Assembly: GCA_965220505.1 (NCBI GenBank)
Contig: CBDCQE010000003.1
Location: 890,106 to 954,105, forward strand
Direction: 5' to 3'
Source: Dehalococcoidia bacterium
Lineage (GTDB): Bacteria > Chloroflexota > Dehalococcoidia > Lucifugimonadales > UBA3495
Length of the DNA stretch: 64,000 nt
The position numbers and the translations under genes are program-made. Within the stretch, counting starts at the first letter, position 1, and each line of letters starts with the position of its first letter. Of this stretch, positions 1 through 9,095 are shown piece by piece. Below the pieces are notes generated by a model, which ran no database searches, was not told the origin of the DNA, and saw only the letters and a program-made list of their open reading frames with translations.

Positions 1-1261
1 TCAGGACGTTGCCGCGAATGCGGGCCTGCACGTTTTCCTCGGCGACGTTGGCCTCGGTCCCAGCAAAGTGTGCCGCCAGCATCTCGGTGAAGGCGTGATG
101 TGCGGGCTCGATGGGGATGCGCCAGAGGCTGATGCCCAGGTTGTCCGCCAGTTCCTGCGAATCGGCGACGCTGCCTTCCGATGAGTAGCGCGACGGCATG
201 GTGACGCCAACCACGTTCTCGGAGCCCAGGGCGTCCGCCGCTACCGTGGCGGTTAACGCGGAGTCTATCCCGCCGGATAACCCGACCAGCGCTCGGCCAA
301 AGCCCGACTTGCGCACGTAGTCGCGGGTGCCCACCACCAACGCCTGGTACACCTCCTCCGTCTCCTCCAGCGACCGGCACAATAACGTCTGCGCCGACTG
401 ACGGTCCGATAACCGGTGCTCCGATACCTTGTTGACGCGGGGCTGGCCCACCTCGCTCAGGATCTCCGGATTTTCCTTGCGCGCCCGGGGATCTCTCAGC
501 CGCTGGCGGAACACCGATTCCACGTTCAGATCGGCCACGATCAGGCTGTCCTCGAATGCGGGTCCGCGGGCAATCACGGCGCCATCCGGTGAGCAGATTA
601 CGCTGGCCCCGTCGAATACCAGCTCGTCCTGCCCACCCACGGCGTTGAGGTATGCGACAAACACGCCGTGATCGGCGGCCCGCGTGGCGATCATCCGCTC
701 CCGCTGGCCGGCCTTGCCGGCGTGGAACGGGGACGCGTTGATGTTGACGATCACCTCGGCGCCAGCCTCCCGCTGCACCGCGATGGGCCCTATGGAGTAC
801 CAGATGTCCTCGCAGATGCCGACGCCCACCGGCGTCCCGTTGATGATGTAGACCGGGCATTCCTCGCCACGCCGGAAATACCGGTCCTCGTCGAACACCC
901 CGTAGTTGGGCAGGTACATCTTGTGGTACCAGTCCAGGACTCGGCCATCGTTGATGATCGCAGCGGCGTTGGCCACGTCGTTCTGGCCGGTCAGAATGTC
1001 AGGACAGCCCACAAACGCGGCAATGCCCCTGGTTGCTGCAGCCACGCGCTCCACCGCGACCGCGCATTCGGATAAGAACGACGGTTTGAACAGCAGGTCT
1101 TCAGGCGGATATCCCGTAACGGCAAGTTCGGGAAAGGCGACCACATCCGCGTGTCGCGCCCGCGCTTCCTCGATCAACTCTATGATCCGGGAGGTGTTGC
1201 CGGGAATGTCACCGACGGTGGGGTTGAACTGGGCCAGGGCCAGTCGGAGGGTGCGTTGCAT
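1..1261 (-). CDS. nadE: glutamine-dependent NAD+ synthetase (C-terminus runs off the window start; absent from the ORF track because there is no stop in the window)
   Basis: I checked every minus-frame triplet (plus positions 2-4, 5-7 ... 1259-1261) and found no stop. It starts at ATG 1261-1259 (MQRTLRLALAQFNPTVGDI...). The N-terminal half looks like a CN-hydrolase, followed by the SGGIDS PP-loop (about nt 262-279) typical of NAD synthetase. Confidence 0.9.
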   Translation of the reverse strand, partial: MQRTLRLALAQFNPTVGDIPGNTSRIIELIEEARARHADVVAFPELAVTGYPPEDLLFKPSFLSECAVAVERVAAATRGIAAFVGCPDILTGQNDVANAAAIINDGRVLDWYHKMYLPNYGVFDEDRYFRRGEECPVYIINGTPVGVGICEDIWYSIGPIAVQREAGAEVIVNINASPFHAGKAGQRERMIATRAADHGVFVAYLNAVGGQDELVFDGASVICSPDGAVIARGPAFEDSLIVADLNVESVFRQRLRDPRARKENPEILSEVGQPRVNKVSEHRLSDRQSAQTLLCRSLEETEEVYQALVVGTRDYVRKSGFGRALVGLSGGIDSALTATVAADALGSENVVGVTMPSRYSSEGSVADSQELADNLGISLWRIPIEPAHHAFTEMLAAHFAGTEANVAEENVQARIRGNVL

Positions 1262-1267
1262 CGACGT

Positions 1268-1273
1268 ATTATA
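1268..1273 (-). promoter_or_regulatory. perfect TATAAT -10 box 6 nt upstream of the nadE ATG (possible leaderless transcript)
   Basis: The minus strand reads gctacgtTATAATacgtcgATG. There is no Shine-Dalgarno and no good -35. Confidence 0.3.
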
Positions 1274-1305
1274 ACGTAGCCTCGACATGAGGCCGGTTGG
1301 CTTCC

Positions 1306-1314
1306 TGCTATAAT
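1306..1314 (+). promoter_or_regulatory. extended -10 promoter candidate TGCTATAAT
   Basis: Exact 9-mer TGCTATAAT in the divergent nadE/MFS intergenic region. The same 9-mer recurs upstream of three other transcription units. Confidence 0.4.
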
Positions 1315-1444
1315 CCCACGGAATTTCGGTCGGGGTTCAGGGACGCCGGCCAACGGGCCGACGTGATCTAGTGAACCTGGTTTCCGTTCTCTGCTGCCGT
1401 TCAGAGCTCAAGGCTGGCTGCATGGGCGGTACTCTTTCCCGCTG

Positions 1445-2761
1445 ATGCGCGCCCTCCAGACCCGCGCCGCGCGGACCACTCCCTTCTACTACGGATGGGT
1501 CATCGTCGGCCTTTCGGGAGTCGCCTCCTATTCATCGCGCCCGCTGATGTCTGTCGCCGTCCTGACGGTGTTTTTTATCCCCATGTCCGAGCAGTTCGGC
1601 TGGACCCGGGCCCAATTCGCCGGAGCGGTCAGCCTCGGCGGTGTGGTGGGGGCGGTTGCCGCTCCCCTGGTCGGGCCGGTGTTGGACCGTTACGGCGCCG
1701 GCATGGTGGTTGGGATTTCATCCGGCATCGCCGGAGTGTGCGCCGTCATACTCGGCGCGGTGACCCAGATCTGGCAGTTCTATCTGGTCTACGTGCCGGG
1801 CCGGATGGTCTTTTCCAGCCCCCTGGAATTGGGTACGTCGGTGGCGGTGAGCAACTGGTTCATCCGTCGAAGGCCATTCGCCCTGGCCCTGAACCATGTG
1901 TCCCAAGGATCGGGCCTGGCGATAATGCCGCTGGTGGCCCAGGCGATCACCGGCGCCTGGGGATGGGAAACGGCATGGTACGCGCTGGGGGTTTGGACAG
2001 TAGCCATAGGGGTGGTACCCGCGATTTTGCTGATGGCACGCCGTCCGGAGGACCTGGGAATCGAACCGGACGGTGGAAACGTCCAGCCCCGCGCCGACTC
2101 GCACGGGTCGTCGAGGCGCCGGCCTCAGAGCGCTGAAGAAGAGATCAACTTCACCCTCCGCCAGACGATGAGGACCCGGGCTTTCTGGCTCATGGTGCTG
2201 TTTTCTTTTGCCAGCTTCATCGTGCAGGCCGGCGTTTCGCTGCACCAGGTGCCGCACTTCATCGATCAGGGAGTGCCGGCATCCACAGCCGTGTGGGCCG
2301 CCAGCACTTTCGCCATATCCCAGGTCCCGGCAAGCATCTTCTGGTCGGCGATATCGCAGCGAACGGCGGCACGGTTCGTAATGCTCGCTTCAGGTTTGGT
2401 GGTCGCGTGCGGAGCCATCACCACCGCGTTCGCCAGCGAGATCGCCGGGGGCATACTGGGAGCGTTCATCCTGGGGTTCGGCGTTGGCGGACTGCACATC
2501 ATCGGCCGCCTGGTGTGGGCCGACTACTTCGGGCGTCTGCACCTGGGGGCAATCCGCGCCTGGGGATTGGCGGCGCAGGTGGGCGGGCAGGCGCTGGGTC
2601 CCATAGCCGCCGGATTGGCAGTGGACCGAGTGGGCAGTTACCAGGGTGCGTTCCTCGCTTTTGGCATCAACCTGGCGGTGGTCTCCGTGCTGATGATGAC
2701 CGCGACCCGCCCGGGACGCGAGGCGGCCGACGGAGGCCAGCAAATCACCGCCGCCAGATAG
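1445..2761 (+). CDS. MFS transporter (oxalate/formate-antiporter-like)
   Basis: 438 aa, about 12 hydrophobic helices, N-terminal FYYGWVIVG motif. Paralogous to the gene at 27229-28563. Confidence 0.85.
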   Translation: MRALQTRAARTTPFYYGWVIVGLSGVASYSSRPLMSVAVLTVFFIPMSEQFGWTRAQFAGAVSLGGVVGAVAAPLVGPVLDRYGAGMVVGISSGIAGVCAVILGAVTQIWQFYLVYVPGRMVFSSPLELGTSVAVSNWFIRRRPFALALNHVSQGSGLAIMPLVAQAITGAWGWETAWYALGVWTVAIGVVPAILLMARRPEDLGIEPDGGNVQPRADSHGSSRRRPQSAEEEINFTLRQTMRTRAFWLMVLFSFASFIVQAGVSLHQVPHFIDQGVPASTAVWAASTFAISQVPASIFWSAISQRTAARFVMLASGLVVACGAITTAFASEIAGGILGAFILGFGVGGLHIIGRLVWADYFGRLHLGAIRAWGLAAQVGGQALGPIAAGLAVDRVGSYQGAFLAFGINLAVVSVLMMTATRPGREAADGGQQITAAR

Positions 2762-2791
2762 CCGTTGCTGGCCATCAGCTCGGCACGCGTC

Positions 2792-3151
2792 TTACTCCCA
2801 GGAGCGCAGGCGGATCTCCTCGCTGGTATCCATGTCGGCCTGGGCTTCATCCGGTTGGTCGTTGAACAGGTAGGACAGGGATCGCCGCGAGTAGTAGTTG
2901 TCGTCGTCCGGGTCCAGCCGGATGGCCTCGGTCAGGTCGTCGATGGACTGCTGGTACTCTCCGACTTCGTACCAGGACACTCCGCGGTTGAACCAAGCGT
3001 CGGCACAATTGGCGTCCATGTCTATCGCCGATGTGTAATCCGCGATGGCTCGCTCGTACACGCCGTTTCGGCTGTACCGGTTGCCCCGGTCCACGTACTC
3101 TTCGGCTGTTTCCGGTTCCGGAGGCGGGGTGGGTCTGTTCAGATTGGTCAC
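2792..3151 (-). CDS. TPR-repeat protein
   Basis: Three 34-aa TPR-like units (YERAIADYTSAIDMDANCADAWFNRGVSWYEVGEYQQSIDDLTEAIRLDP). GTG start 9 nt after the upstream SDR stop. Confidence 0.75.
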   Translation of the reverse strand: MTNLNRPTPPPEPETAEEYVDRGNRYSRNGVYERAIADYTSAIDMDANCADAWFNRGVSWYEVGEYQQSIDDLTEAIRLDPDDDNYYSRRSLSYLFNDQPDEAQADMDTSEEIRLRSWE

Positions 3152-3159
3152 GTATTGCC

Positions 3160-3951
3160 CTACATGACCGAGCGGACCAGACCGCCGTCCACCAGCATGG
3201 TAGTGCCAGTGATGTAGCTGGAGCGGGAGGAGGCGAGGAACGCTACCAAGTAAGCCAACTCCCTGGGCTCGCCGATGCGTTTCAACGCCGTCTGTTCGGC
3301 TCGCTGGGCGAGCGCGTCCTCCAGCGGAATGCCCTGCGTGCGCGCCCGGTCCTCCACGTTCTCCATCATGCGATCCGACATGATGCTGCCGGGGCAGACG
3401 TTGTTGATCAGGATGTTCTCGTGTCCCAGGTCGTCGGCCAGGTTCTTCATGAACCCGATCACACCCATTCGGGTCGCCGCGGAAAGGGCCAGGTTCGGAA
3501 TGGGAGTGTAGACCGTGCTGGCCAGGATGTTGATGATGCGCCCGCCGCCCTGGGCGCGCAGGTGCGGCAACGCTTCTCGCGTCATTCGGGCAAAGAAGAA
3601 CAGCGAACGGTTGGCCGAGACCTGCCAGAGTTCTTCGGTGGAATCCTTGGCGTAGGCTTGGGGAGGCCCTCCCGAGTTGTTGACCATGATGTCGATCTGC
3701 CCGAAGTGTGACGCCGCGCCGGCGACCAACTCGGCGATGGTTTCTTCGTTGTCCAGATCGCCGGCGTAGGTGAAGATGTCCGCTCCGGTGGCGGCACGTA
3801 TCTCGTCGGCCGCCTGTTCAAGCGGACCCGGAGTGCGGGCGCACATGGCTACCCGCGCCCCCTCTTCCGCCAGCACCTCGGCGCACGCGCGGCCCAGTCC
3901 TCGACTGGCGCCGCCAATTATCGCAACCTTACCGTTCAGTTCCAGATCCAT
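3160..3951 (-). CDS. short-chain dehydrogenase/reductase (SDR)
   Basis: MDLELNGKVAIIGGASRGLG (TGxxxGxG-type) and NNSG motifs. Only the last 263 codons of the 732-aa track ORF look like protein. The rest reads through repeat DNA. Confidence 0.9.
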   Translation of the reverse strand: MDLELNGKVAIIGGASRGLGRACAEVLAEEGARVAMCARTPGPLEQAADEIRAATGADIFTYAGDLDNEETIAELVAGAASHFGQIDIMVNNSGGPPQAYAKDSTEELWQVSANRSLFFFARMTREALPHLRAQGGGRIINILASTVYTPIPNLALSAATRMGVIGFMKNLADDLGHENILINNVCPGSIMSDRMMENVEDRARTQGIPLEDALAQRAEQTALKRIGEPRELAYLVAFLASSRSSYITGTTMLVDGGLVRSVM

Positions 3952-4020
3952 TACCCGGCCTCCTCGAATGCTGCACGGGATTATAACAGCCGAGGCCGCT
4001 TTGACTGCGGTCCGAATGAT

Positions 4021-4050
4021 TTTGCATGGATGCACAGGATGGACGGGATT
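4021..4050 (+). repeat. CAGGATGG-module intergenic repeat, copy a
   Basis: tttgcatggatgcacaggatggacgggatt. Five oriented copies occur in the window. Confidence 0.85.
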
Positions 4051-4069
4051 GGGTTGATTGTCGGGAAAC

Positions 4070-4177
4070 GTCAGAAGCAGGATTTTCGAGATTTGGGGAT
4101 TGTCTGGATTGGGACCGTTTTGCGATAGGGGGTTCGATTCTGCAAAGTAATGGAGTCCGATAATTGCTGCTTTTGAC
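4070..4177. repeat. MITE-like inverted-repeat element, degenerate copy
   Basis: Termini are gtcagaagcaggattt ... aattgctgcttttgac (13/16 complementary). Same family as 33105-33211 and 54986-55075. Confidence 0.6.
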
Positions 4178-4206
4178 GATTTGAGGAAGCGGGTACGCGG
4201 GAGCCT

Positions 4207-4231
4207 GGATTCCGGCTTTCGCCGGAATGAC
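4207..4231. repeat. REP-like palindromic hairpin (ggattccggc tttc gccggaatgac)
   Basis: 8-bp perfect stem attccggc/gccggaat. Identical copy at 11912-11936 and a half copy at 10448-10474. Confidence 0.8.
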
Positions 4232-4329
4232 GGGGTGGAGAGGCCGGAATGAGGAGTGGAGAGGCCGGAATGACGGGGTGGAGAGGCCGGCGTGACGGGG
4301 TGGAGAGGCCGGAATGACGGGATGGGGGT
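4221..4329 (+). repeat. tandem repeat, 5 units of 21-22 nt (gccggaatgacggggtggagag)
   Basis: Units at 4221, 4243, 4264, 4286 and 4308. The first unit overlaps the right arm of the REP hairpin. Confidence 0.9.
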
Positions 4330-4412
4330 TGGCGATGGGGGCGCATGGCCGCAACGGGATTGACGCGCTGCGCTCGCAATGACAGGAGGGCGGGCTGGCG
4401 ATGACAGCGGGT

Positions 4413-5108
4413 TTACGCGGCTCCTCGGACGGGGATGGTGTCGGGGAACTTGACGTGGAAGGTGGCCTCCAGGGCGCGTTTCCACAGGGGCGACAGCTCG
4501 ATGGATGAAGGATCGCCGCGGAGGGTCAGGTCGGCCGGATGACAGGAGCAGGGCCGGGGAGTGAGGCCGCGGGCGTAGAAGTTGTGGTGGTCGGGGAGCC
4601 GGGCCAATGGGGACCGGCTCAAGCCGTGGGCCTGGGAGATCTCCTGATAGTTGGGCAGAGCCATGATCTCCGCCAGTGACCGGGGAATCGGGCGCGACGG
4701 CGGGCGCGGGGGACGGCGAGCGCGTCCGGCCACCAGCCGGCCGGCGATGGCTCCCTCCACCGCGCGGATGAGCGCCGCCACACGGTTGCGGGCGCGGCGG
4801 CTGAGACGCTGGCGCTGGCCGGGATCCGCCGCCGCCAGTTGATCGGGCAACCGGTAGATGTTCCGAAAGATGCGCACTCCGCCGTTGGAGATCCGGCCCT
4901 CGGCCGCCATGACGAACAGGTAGTTGGTCAGCCGGCGTCGAGTGTAACGGTGAACCCAGTTTCGATCCACCACCGCAGCCGTGGCGGCGTGGGACGCCGC
5001 CCGGGCCAGGGCGTTGGCGGCGCGGCCGTAGTCGCCAGCGTTGTGGTCGGACCGGGCCAGCGATAAGAACCGCCGGGCCTGGGTTTGGTGATGCTGGACA
5101 CTGCCCAT
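4413..5108 (-). CDS. hypothetical protein with an N-terminal HEPN/PaREP1-like helical region
   Basis: 231 aa. The N-terminus (ARRFLSLARSDHNAGDYGRAANALARAASHAATAAVVDRNWVH) follows the same helix pattern as the paralogs at 18847-19599. Confidence 0.55.
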   Translation of the reverse strand: MGSVQHHQTQARRFLSLARSDHNAGDYGRAANALARAASHAATAAVVDRNWVHRYTRRRLTNYLFVMAAEGRISNGGVRIFRNIYRLPDQLAAADPGQRQRLSRRARNRVAALIRAVEGAIAGRLVAGRARRPPRPPSRPIPRSLAEIMALPNYQEISQAHGLSRSPLARLPDHHNFYARGLTPRPCSCHPADLTLRGDPSSIELSPLWKRALEATFHVKFPDTIPVRGAA

Positions 5109-5124
5109 GGTGAACGCACGCTCC

Positions 5125-5164
5125 TTTGTTTACATCGATGCACAGGATGGACAGGATGAGGATT
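5125..5164 (+). repeat. CAGGATGG-module intergenic repeat, copy b
   Basis: tttgtttacatcgatgcacaggatggacaggatgaggatt. Confidence 0.8.
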
Positions 5165-5569
5165 GGTATTAGATGGGGTCGGGATGATTTCTTGGGGTTT
5201 GGATGTTCACAGGCGATAGATGTTTGGTTGCCACAGGCGGTTGGTGGTTGGTTGGCGTTGACCAGGTTCCGGATGTTGATCAGCCCCACGGCCGAGGGAT
5301 TTGCGCTGGGGTTTTTTGCTCTCATTTCCCATGTCTGGGGGCACGATGCCCGAAACATGGCGCGCTGTGGCGGGCGCGGTGGCCGGGGCGACTACACCGA
5401 TTAGAGCGGTCGGCGGCAGTCTCCCGCGAAGGCCGATAGCGACTTGGTTGCTGATGGATTTTGGCCGTACTAGCCGGGACCTGGTCGGAATGAGGATATC
5501 CTTGCCTGTGGAAGCCATGATAGCACGGGCGTTCTGTGGGTTGCGGGCCGTGGGTGTCAGGAGTTTAGA

Positions 5570-5601
5570 TTGCATGGATGGACGGGATGGACGGGATTTT
5601 T
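5570..5601 (+). repeat. CAGGATGG-module intergenic repeat, copy c
   Basis: ttgcatggatggacgggatggacgggattttt. Confidence 0.8.
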
Positions 5602-5693
5602 GATAAAGATCGGAGTACCCATCAACTCGAGACGGTTGCACAGTGGGTTGTCGTCAAGACGCCGTGCGGGGATGGTGTACAATCGCCAACGGT

Positions 5694-6641
5694 ATGGCAA
5701 CGAAACAGATTGCAGAATCGACCGGCGTCGAGATTGAGGCGGCCGCAGTGGAATTCGCGCGCGGCGCGGGCGATCTGCTGGCCGGCCACTTCGGACGCGC
5801 CCTCAGCGTGGAGTACAAGGACAAGGCGCAGCAGGACCCGGTAACCACCGCCGACAAGGAGACCCAAGCCTACCTGGAGGAACAGATCCGTCGCCGGTTT
5901 CCCGACCATGGCATATTGGGCGAGGAAGACGACGCCAGCGCCGACGGAGAGCGGACTGCCGCCGATTTCCTGTGGGTGCTGGACCCCCTGGACGGGACCA
6001 CCAACTTCATGAACGGTTTGCCCGTGTACGCTTCCTCCATAGGGGTGCTGTACCGGGGCCGGCCGCTGGCGGGCGCCGTGTACATTCCCTGGCCTTCCGC
6101 CAGCAGCTCCGGCGTTGTGGTCCACTGCCGTGTTGGCGGCGGAGCCTTTGCCGACGGCGAGCCCGTCTCGGTATACCAGGCGGAAAAACCCCGTGGCGAC
6201 CGCCTCATCGGACTGCCCGGCTCTTTCGGCGCGTCAACCCGAGTTGGCAAGGGACTGAAGGGGCAGCCGCTGGGTCAACCCCGGGTCACCGGGAGCATCG
6301 CCTACGAGCTTGCGATGACCGCCCTGGGCGTGATGCAGTTTGCCGTCATCGGCGCGCCTCGCATGTGGGACATGCTGGGCGGCACCGTGGCCGTGCAGGA
6401 AGCCGGCGGCACGGTGATGACCCGGTTGTCGGGCCGCAAGCAATGGCATCCCCTCGATTCCCTGGTGCCGACTTGGGACGATAAACCGCCCACCATGGCC
6501 GAGTTGCGCAAATGGGTCGCGCCGTTGGTCGCGGCCAATCCAACCCTGGCTCCCCTGATAGCCCACAACCTGCATAATCGCAGGCGTCCGTTCCGACGAA
6601 TGTACCGGGGCGTCAAGAAGGCCCTGGGCGCATCGAAGTAA
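5694..6641 (+). CDS. inositol monophosphatase family protein
   Basis: Motifs DPVTTADKETQ, ILGEE and WVLDPLDGTTNF. I prefer ATG 5694 (MATKQIAE) over the track's GTG at 5643. Confidence 0.85.
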   Translation: MATKQIAESTGVEIEAAAVEFARGAGDLLAGHFGRALSVEYKDKAQQDPVTTADKETQAYLEEQIRRRFPDHGILGEEDDASADGERTAADFLWVLDPLDGTTNFMNGLPVYASSIGVLYRGRPLAGAVYIPWPSASSSGVVVHCRVGGGAFADGEPVSVYQAEKPRGDRLIGLPGSFGASTRVGKGLKGQPLGQPRVTGSIAYELAMTALGVMQFAVIGAPRMWDMLGGTVAVQEAGGTVMTRLSGRKQWHPLDSLVPTWDDKPPTMAELRKWVAPLVAANPTLAPLIAHNLHNRRRPFRRMYRGVKKALGASK

Positions 6642-6675
6642 TCGTCCGCCAGCTTCATCTTATTTCAGCACGGTC

Positions 6676-7323
6676 ATGTCAGTTCGCTACGGCGTCAGCC
6701 TGCTCACCGATCCTGATTTCACCGCTCGCGCTTACCGGGCGCGCCAGTTGATTTGCGGCCAGTTCGCTTGCTGGGCGGCTGAGATGCACATGCTGCACAT
6801 GCAGATGTCCGATTACTTCCCCTTTGACGGGACAGATGACCCGAACGCCGAGGGCCAGTTGGCGCGAGAACTGGAACGGCTCGCGGAGCGCTACCGCCGC
6901 GTTTCGCCGCGCTTTCCGCTGTTCAACCGGGGCATCACCACGACGCGCAACACCGATGACGACGGCAACATCTGGTTGGACTTCTCTCCGGAAGTGGTGA
7001 ACGAATCGCTGTACCGGTTGCAGGCGATGGTCGCTGATCTTTTGGAACGCAATTCGGATGTGGGTGGTCCGCGCCGCGTTTACGGCCCCGATTTTCCGCC
7101 CCAGATGCCGCTGCTGTCCCACGCGAACCTGCCCGACTCGGTCTTTGACAGCGCCATCGAGTTCGCGCGATCCGTTACCGACGAACTCAAGGTGTCGCAA
7201 ATCACCCGGGCGTGGCGATTGACGTTGACGCGCTTCGAGTCGAGTGCCGCCGGCGACGACTGGTCCGGCGGACGGTGGGCGACCGATTTGCAGTGGCGCG
7301 TCATCGGCAGCTACAGCCTGTAA
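6676..7323 (+). CDS. hypothetical protein
   Basis: 215-aa ORF with protein-like composition. I recognise no motif with confidence. Confidence 0.55.
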   Translation: MSVRYGVSLLTDPDFTARAYRARQLICGQFACWAAEMHMLHMQMSDYFPFDGTDDPNAEGQLARELERLAERYRRVSPRFPLFNRGITTTRNTDDDGNIWLDFSPEVVNESLYRLQAMVADLLERNSDVGGPRRVYGPDFPPQMPLLSHANLPDSVFDSAIEFARSVTDELKVSQITRAWRLTLTRFESSAAGDDWSGGRWATDLQWRVIGSYSL

Positions 7324-7395
7324 CGCTCGGTGTTGCCGTCCGTTGCCCGGTGATAATCTATACTAGATTCCCGAGGTCAGATATCCGACACGGTC

Positions 7396-8244
7396 ATGGG
7401 CTCGAATATCGTAACGGTTCTAACTTCGTCGATCATAGCGGCGATAGTGATGGCCGGCATCTGCGCGGTCATCCAGGCGGTGGTCAAGGTGCGCGCTCAT
7501 CGCCAGTTGACCCGACTGCATCGGGAACTGGATTTGGCCCGCCAGGAGCATATCCAATCGATGCAATTCCAGCACCAGCGCCAGTGCCAGCTATCCGCCC
7601 AACTTGGCCTGGCCGAGCCACCCCTGCCGGATGTCCTGCAACCTCAACCGGAACCGGACGACACTGGAAAACGCCGTTTCCGGATTCCACTCAGCCTGCC
7701 CTTCCGCCAGAACGGGTCTTTGTTGCAGCGGGCGCCGCGCGGGTCTTCGGCCTTCATCGTGGGCCGTTACGGCGCGAGTTTCGTCGCCTCAACGGTGTGG
7801 AAGACCTCTTCCGGCAGCATCCTGCGCCTGGCCAGTCCGGTCACGAGCCGTGTCCTGGCCTTCGGTCCCCGCGTCATTGGCTTCGCACCCAGGTTCGCTG
7901 CGGCCGGCGGAGGCGCGACCGGCTCGATTGCCGCCAGCACCGGGGTCCGATTCGCGCTGGGCGCAATCTCGATTGTGGGCCTCATTATCGGCCCCCTCTT
8001 GACGGCCTGGGCCGTCTATCGGGAGTTGCGCAAGCTCCGCAGGGCTCGCGAAGAGCACGCCGAAACCCTGGCCCAATTCAGCGCCGATCTCGAGGAGATG
8101 TCCCGCCACACCACCGAACTGGAAGCCCGACTGACGGCCGAAACCCGCCCAGGAAATCAGGCCAGCCCGAAGACGGAGGCGGGCGTGAACGCGCCGGTCT
8201 CTTTGGTCAGTCGCTCGATAGGAGCAGATCGGCCGCGGGTCTAG
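7396..8244 (+). CDS. hypothetical membrane/coiled-coil protein
   Basis: N-terminal TM helix (IIAAIVMAGICAVIQAVV), a second TM (AISIVGLIIGPLLTAWAVY), and charged helical segments. Confidence 0.55.
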   Translation: MGSNIVTVLTSSIIAAIVMAGICAVIQAVVKVRAHRQLTRLHRELDLARQEHIQSMQFQHQRQCQLSAQLGLAEPPLPDVLQPQPEPDDTGKRRFRIPLSLPFRQNGSLLQRAPRGSSAFIVGRYGASFVASTVWKTSSGSILRLASPVTSRVLAFGPRVIGFAPRFAAAGGGATGSIAASTGVRFALGAISIVGLIIGPLLTAWAVYRELRKLRRAREEHAETLAQFSADLEEMSRHTTELEARLTAETRPGNQASPKTEAGVNAPVSLVSRSIGADRPRV

Positions 8245-9023
8245 TGCATTACCAACCCGCCGTCCACGTTGATGGTCTGGCCGGTGATGTTCCGCGCGCC
8301 CGGGCTGGCCAGGAACGCGGCCATGGCAGCGATGTCTTCCGGCTCGTTGGCCCGCCCGATGGGAATGTTCGACGCCCGTTGAGCCTGCAACTCGTCCACC
8401 GAAATTCCCATCTCGGCCGCGCGCTGTTCCATGGTGCTGGTGGACATCGCCGTGATGGTCGAGCCGGGGCAGATGGCGTTGACATTGATATCGTAGCGCG
8501 CCAACTGGTGCGCCGCGATGAGTGTCATGGATATGACGGCGCCCTTGCTGGCGGCGTAGGCGGCGTTGGAGGTTCCCCGGTAGCCCTTACCAGCGATTGA
8601 CGCGATGTTGACGATGCGCCCGCCGCCGCTCTGCTCGATCATCTGTCGGGCCGTGCGCTGCATTACGAAGAACGCGCCCCGGGCGTTTACCCGGTGGATG
8701 CGGTCCCAGTCATCCTCGGAAATATCCATGATGTCGAGGTAACGGGTGACCCCGGCGTTGTTGACCAGGATGTCCACTCGCCCCAGCGCGCTCACGGTGT
8801 CGGCGATCACCCGGTCAATATCGGCTCCATCGCCGATGTCGGCCGCGATGGCCACGCTATTGCGGCCGGTGGCCCGAACGTCGGTAGAAGTTTCCTCCAC
8901 CGCGTCCGCCAGGATGTCGGTGACGGCAACATCGGCCCCGTCGCCGGCCAACGCCAGCGCGGTGGCTCGACCCATGCCACGCCCAGCGCCGGTAACCAGC
9001 GCAACCTTTCCTTCCAATGACAT
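8241..9023 (-). CDS. SDR, FabG-like 3-oxoacyl reductase family
   Basis: Motifs VTGAGRGMG, NNAG and YAASK. Confidence 0.9.
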   Translation of the reverse strand: MSLEGKVALVTGAGRGMGRATALALAGDGADVAVTDILADAVEETSTDVRATGRNSVAIAADIGDGADIDRVIADTVSALGRVDILVNNAGVTRYLDIMDISEDDWDRIHRVNARGAFFVMQRTARQMIEQSGGGRIVNIASIAGKGYRGTSNAAYAASKGAVISMTLIAAHQLARYDINVNAICPGSTITAMSTSTMEQRAAEMGISVDELQAQRASNIPIGRANEPEDIAAMAAFLASPGARNITGQTINVDGGLVMH

Positions 9024-9095
9024 AGCGATCCTCTCCGTGTAGTCCGGTTCAGCGTTCCGTCAGCGGCTCCAGCAGGTCCATAGTGTTTCAACCTA

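Noticed and set aside
4125-4142. tRNA-like T-loop sequence GGTTCGATTC (also GAGGGTTCGAACCTC near 20297)
   Set aside because: No complementary T stem, acceptor stem or anticodon arm can be drawn. The first lies inside the MITE-like element and the second inside the NHL coding region.
4221-4329. Possible CRISPR array
   Set aside because: The 21-22-nt units are directly abutting with no spacers, and no cas genes are in the window. It is a simple tandem repeat derived from a REP half-site.
3160-5358. 732-aa ORF in the track
   Set aside because: Only the last 263 codons (3160-3951) have SDR motifs and a plausible start. The upstream part translates the repeat island (RHSGLSTP, NPVHPVHPCK, Pro/Arg-rich low complexity) and overlaps the better-supported gene at 4413-5108 in another frame.
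5643-5693. GTG 5643 as the start of the inositol monophosphatase gene
   Set aside because: The extra 17 aa (MGCRQDAVRGWCTIANG) are not protein-like, and a -10-like TACAAT lies inside them. ATG 5694 gives a normal N-terminus.
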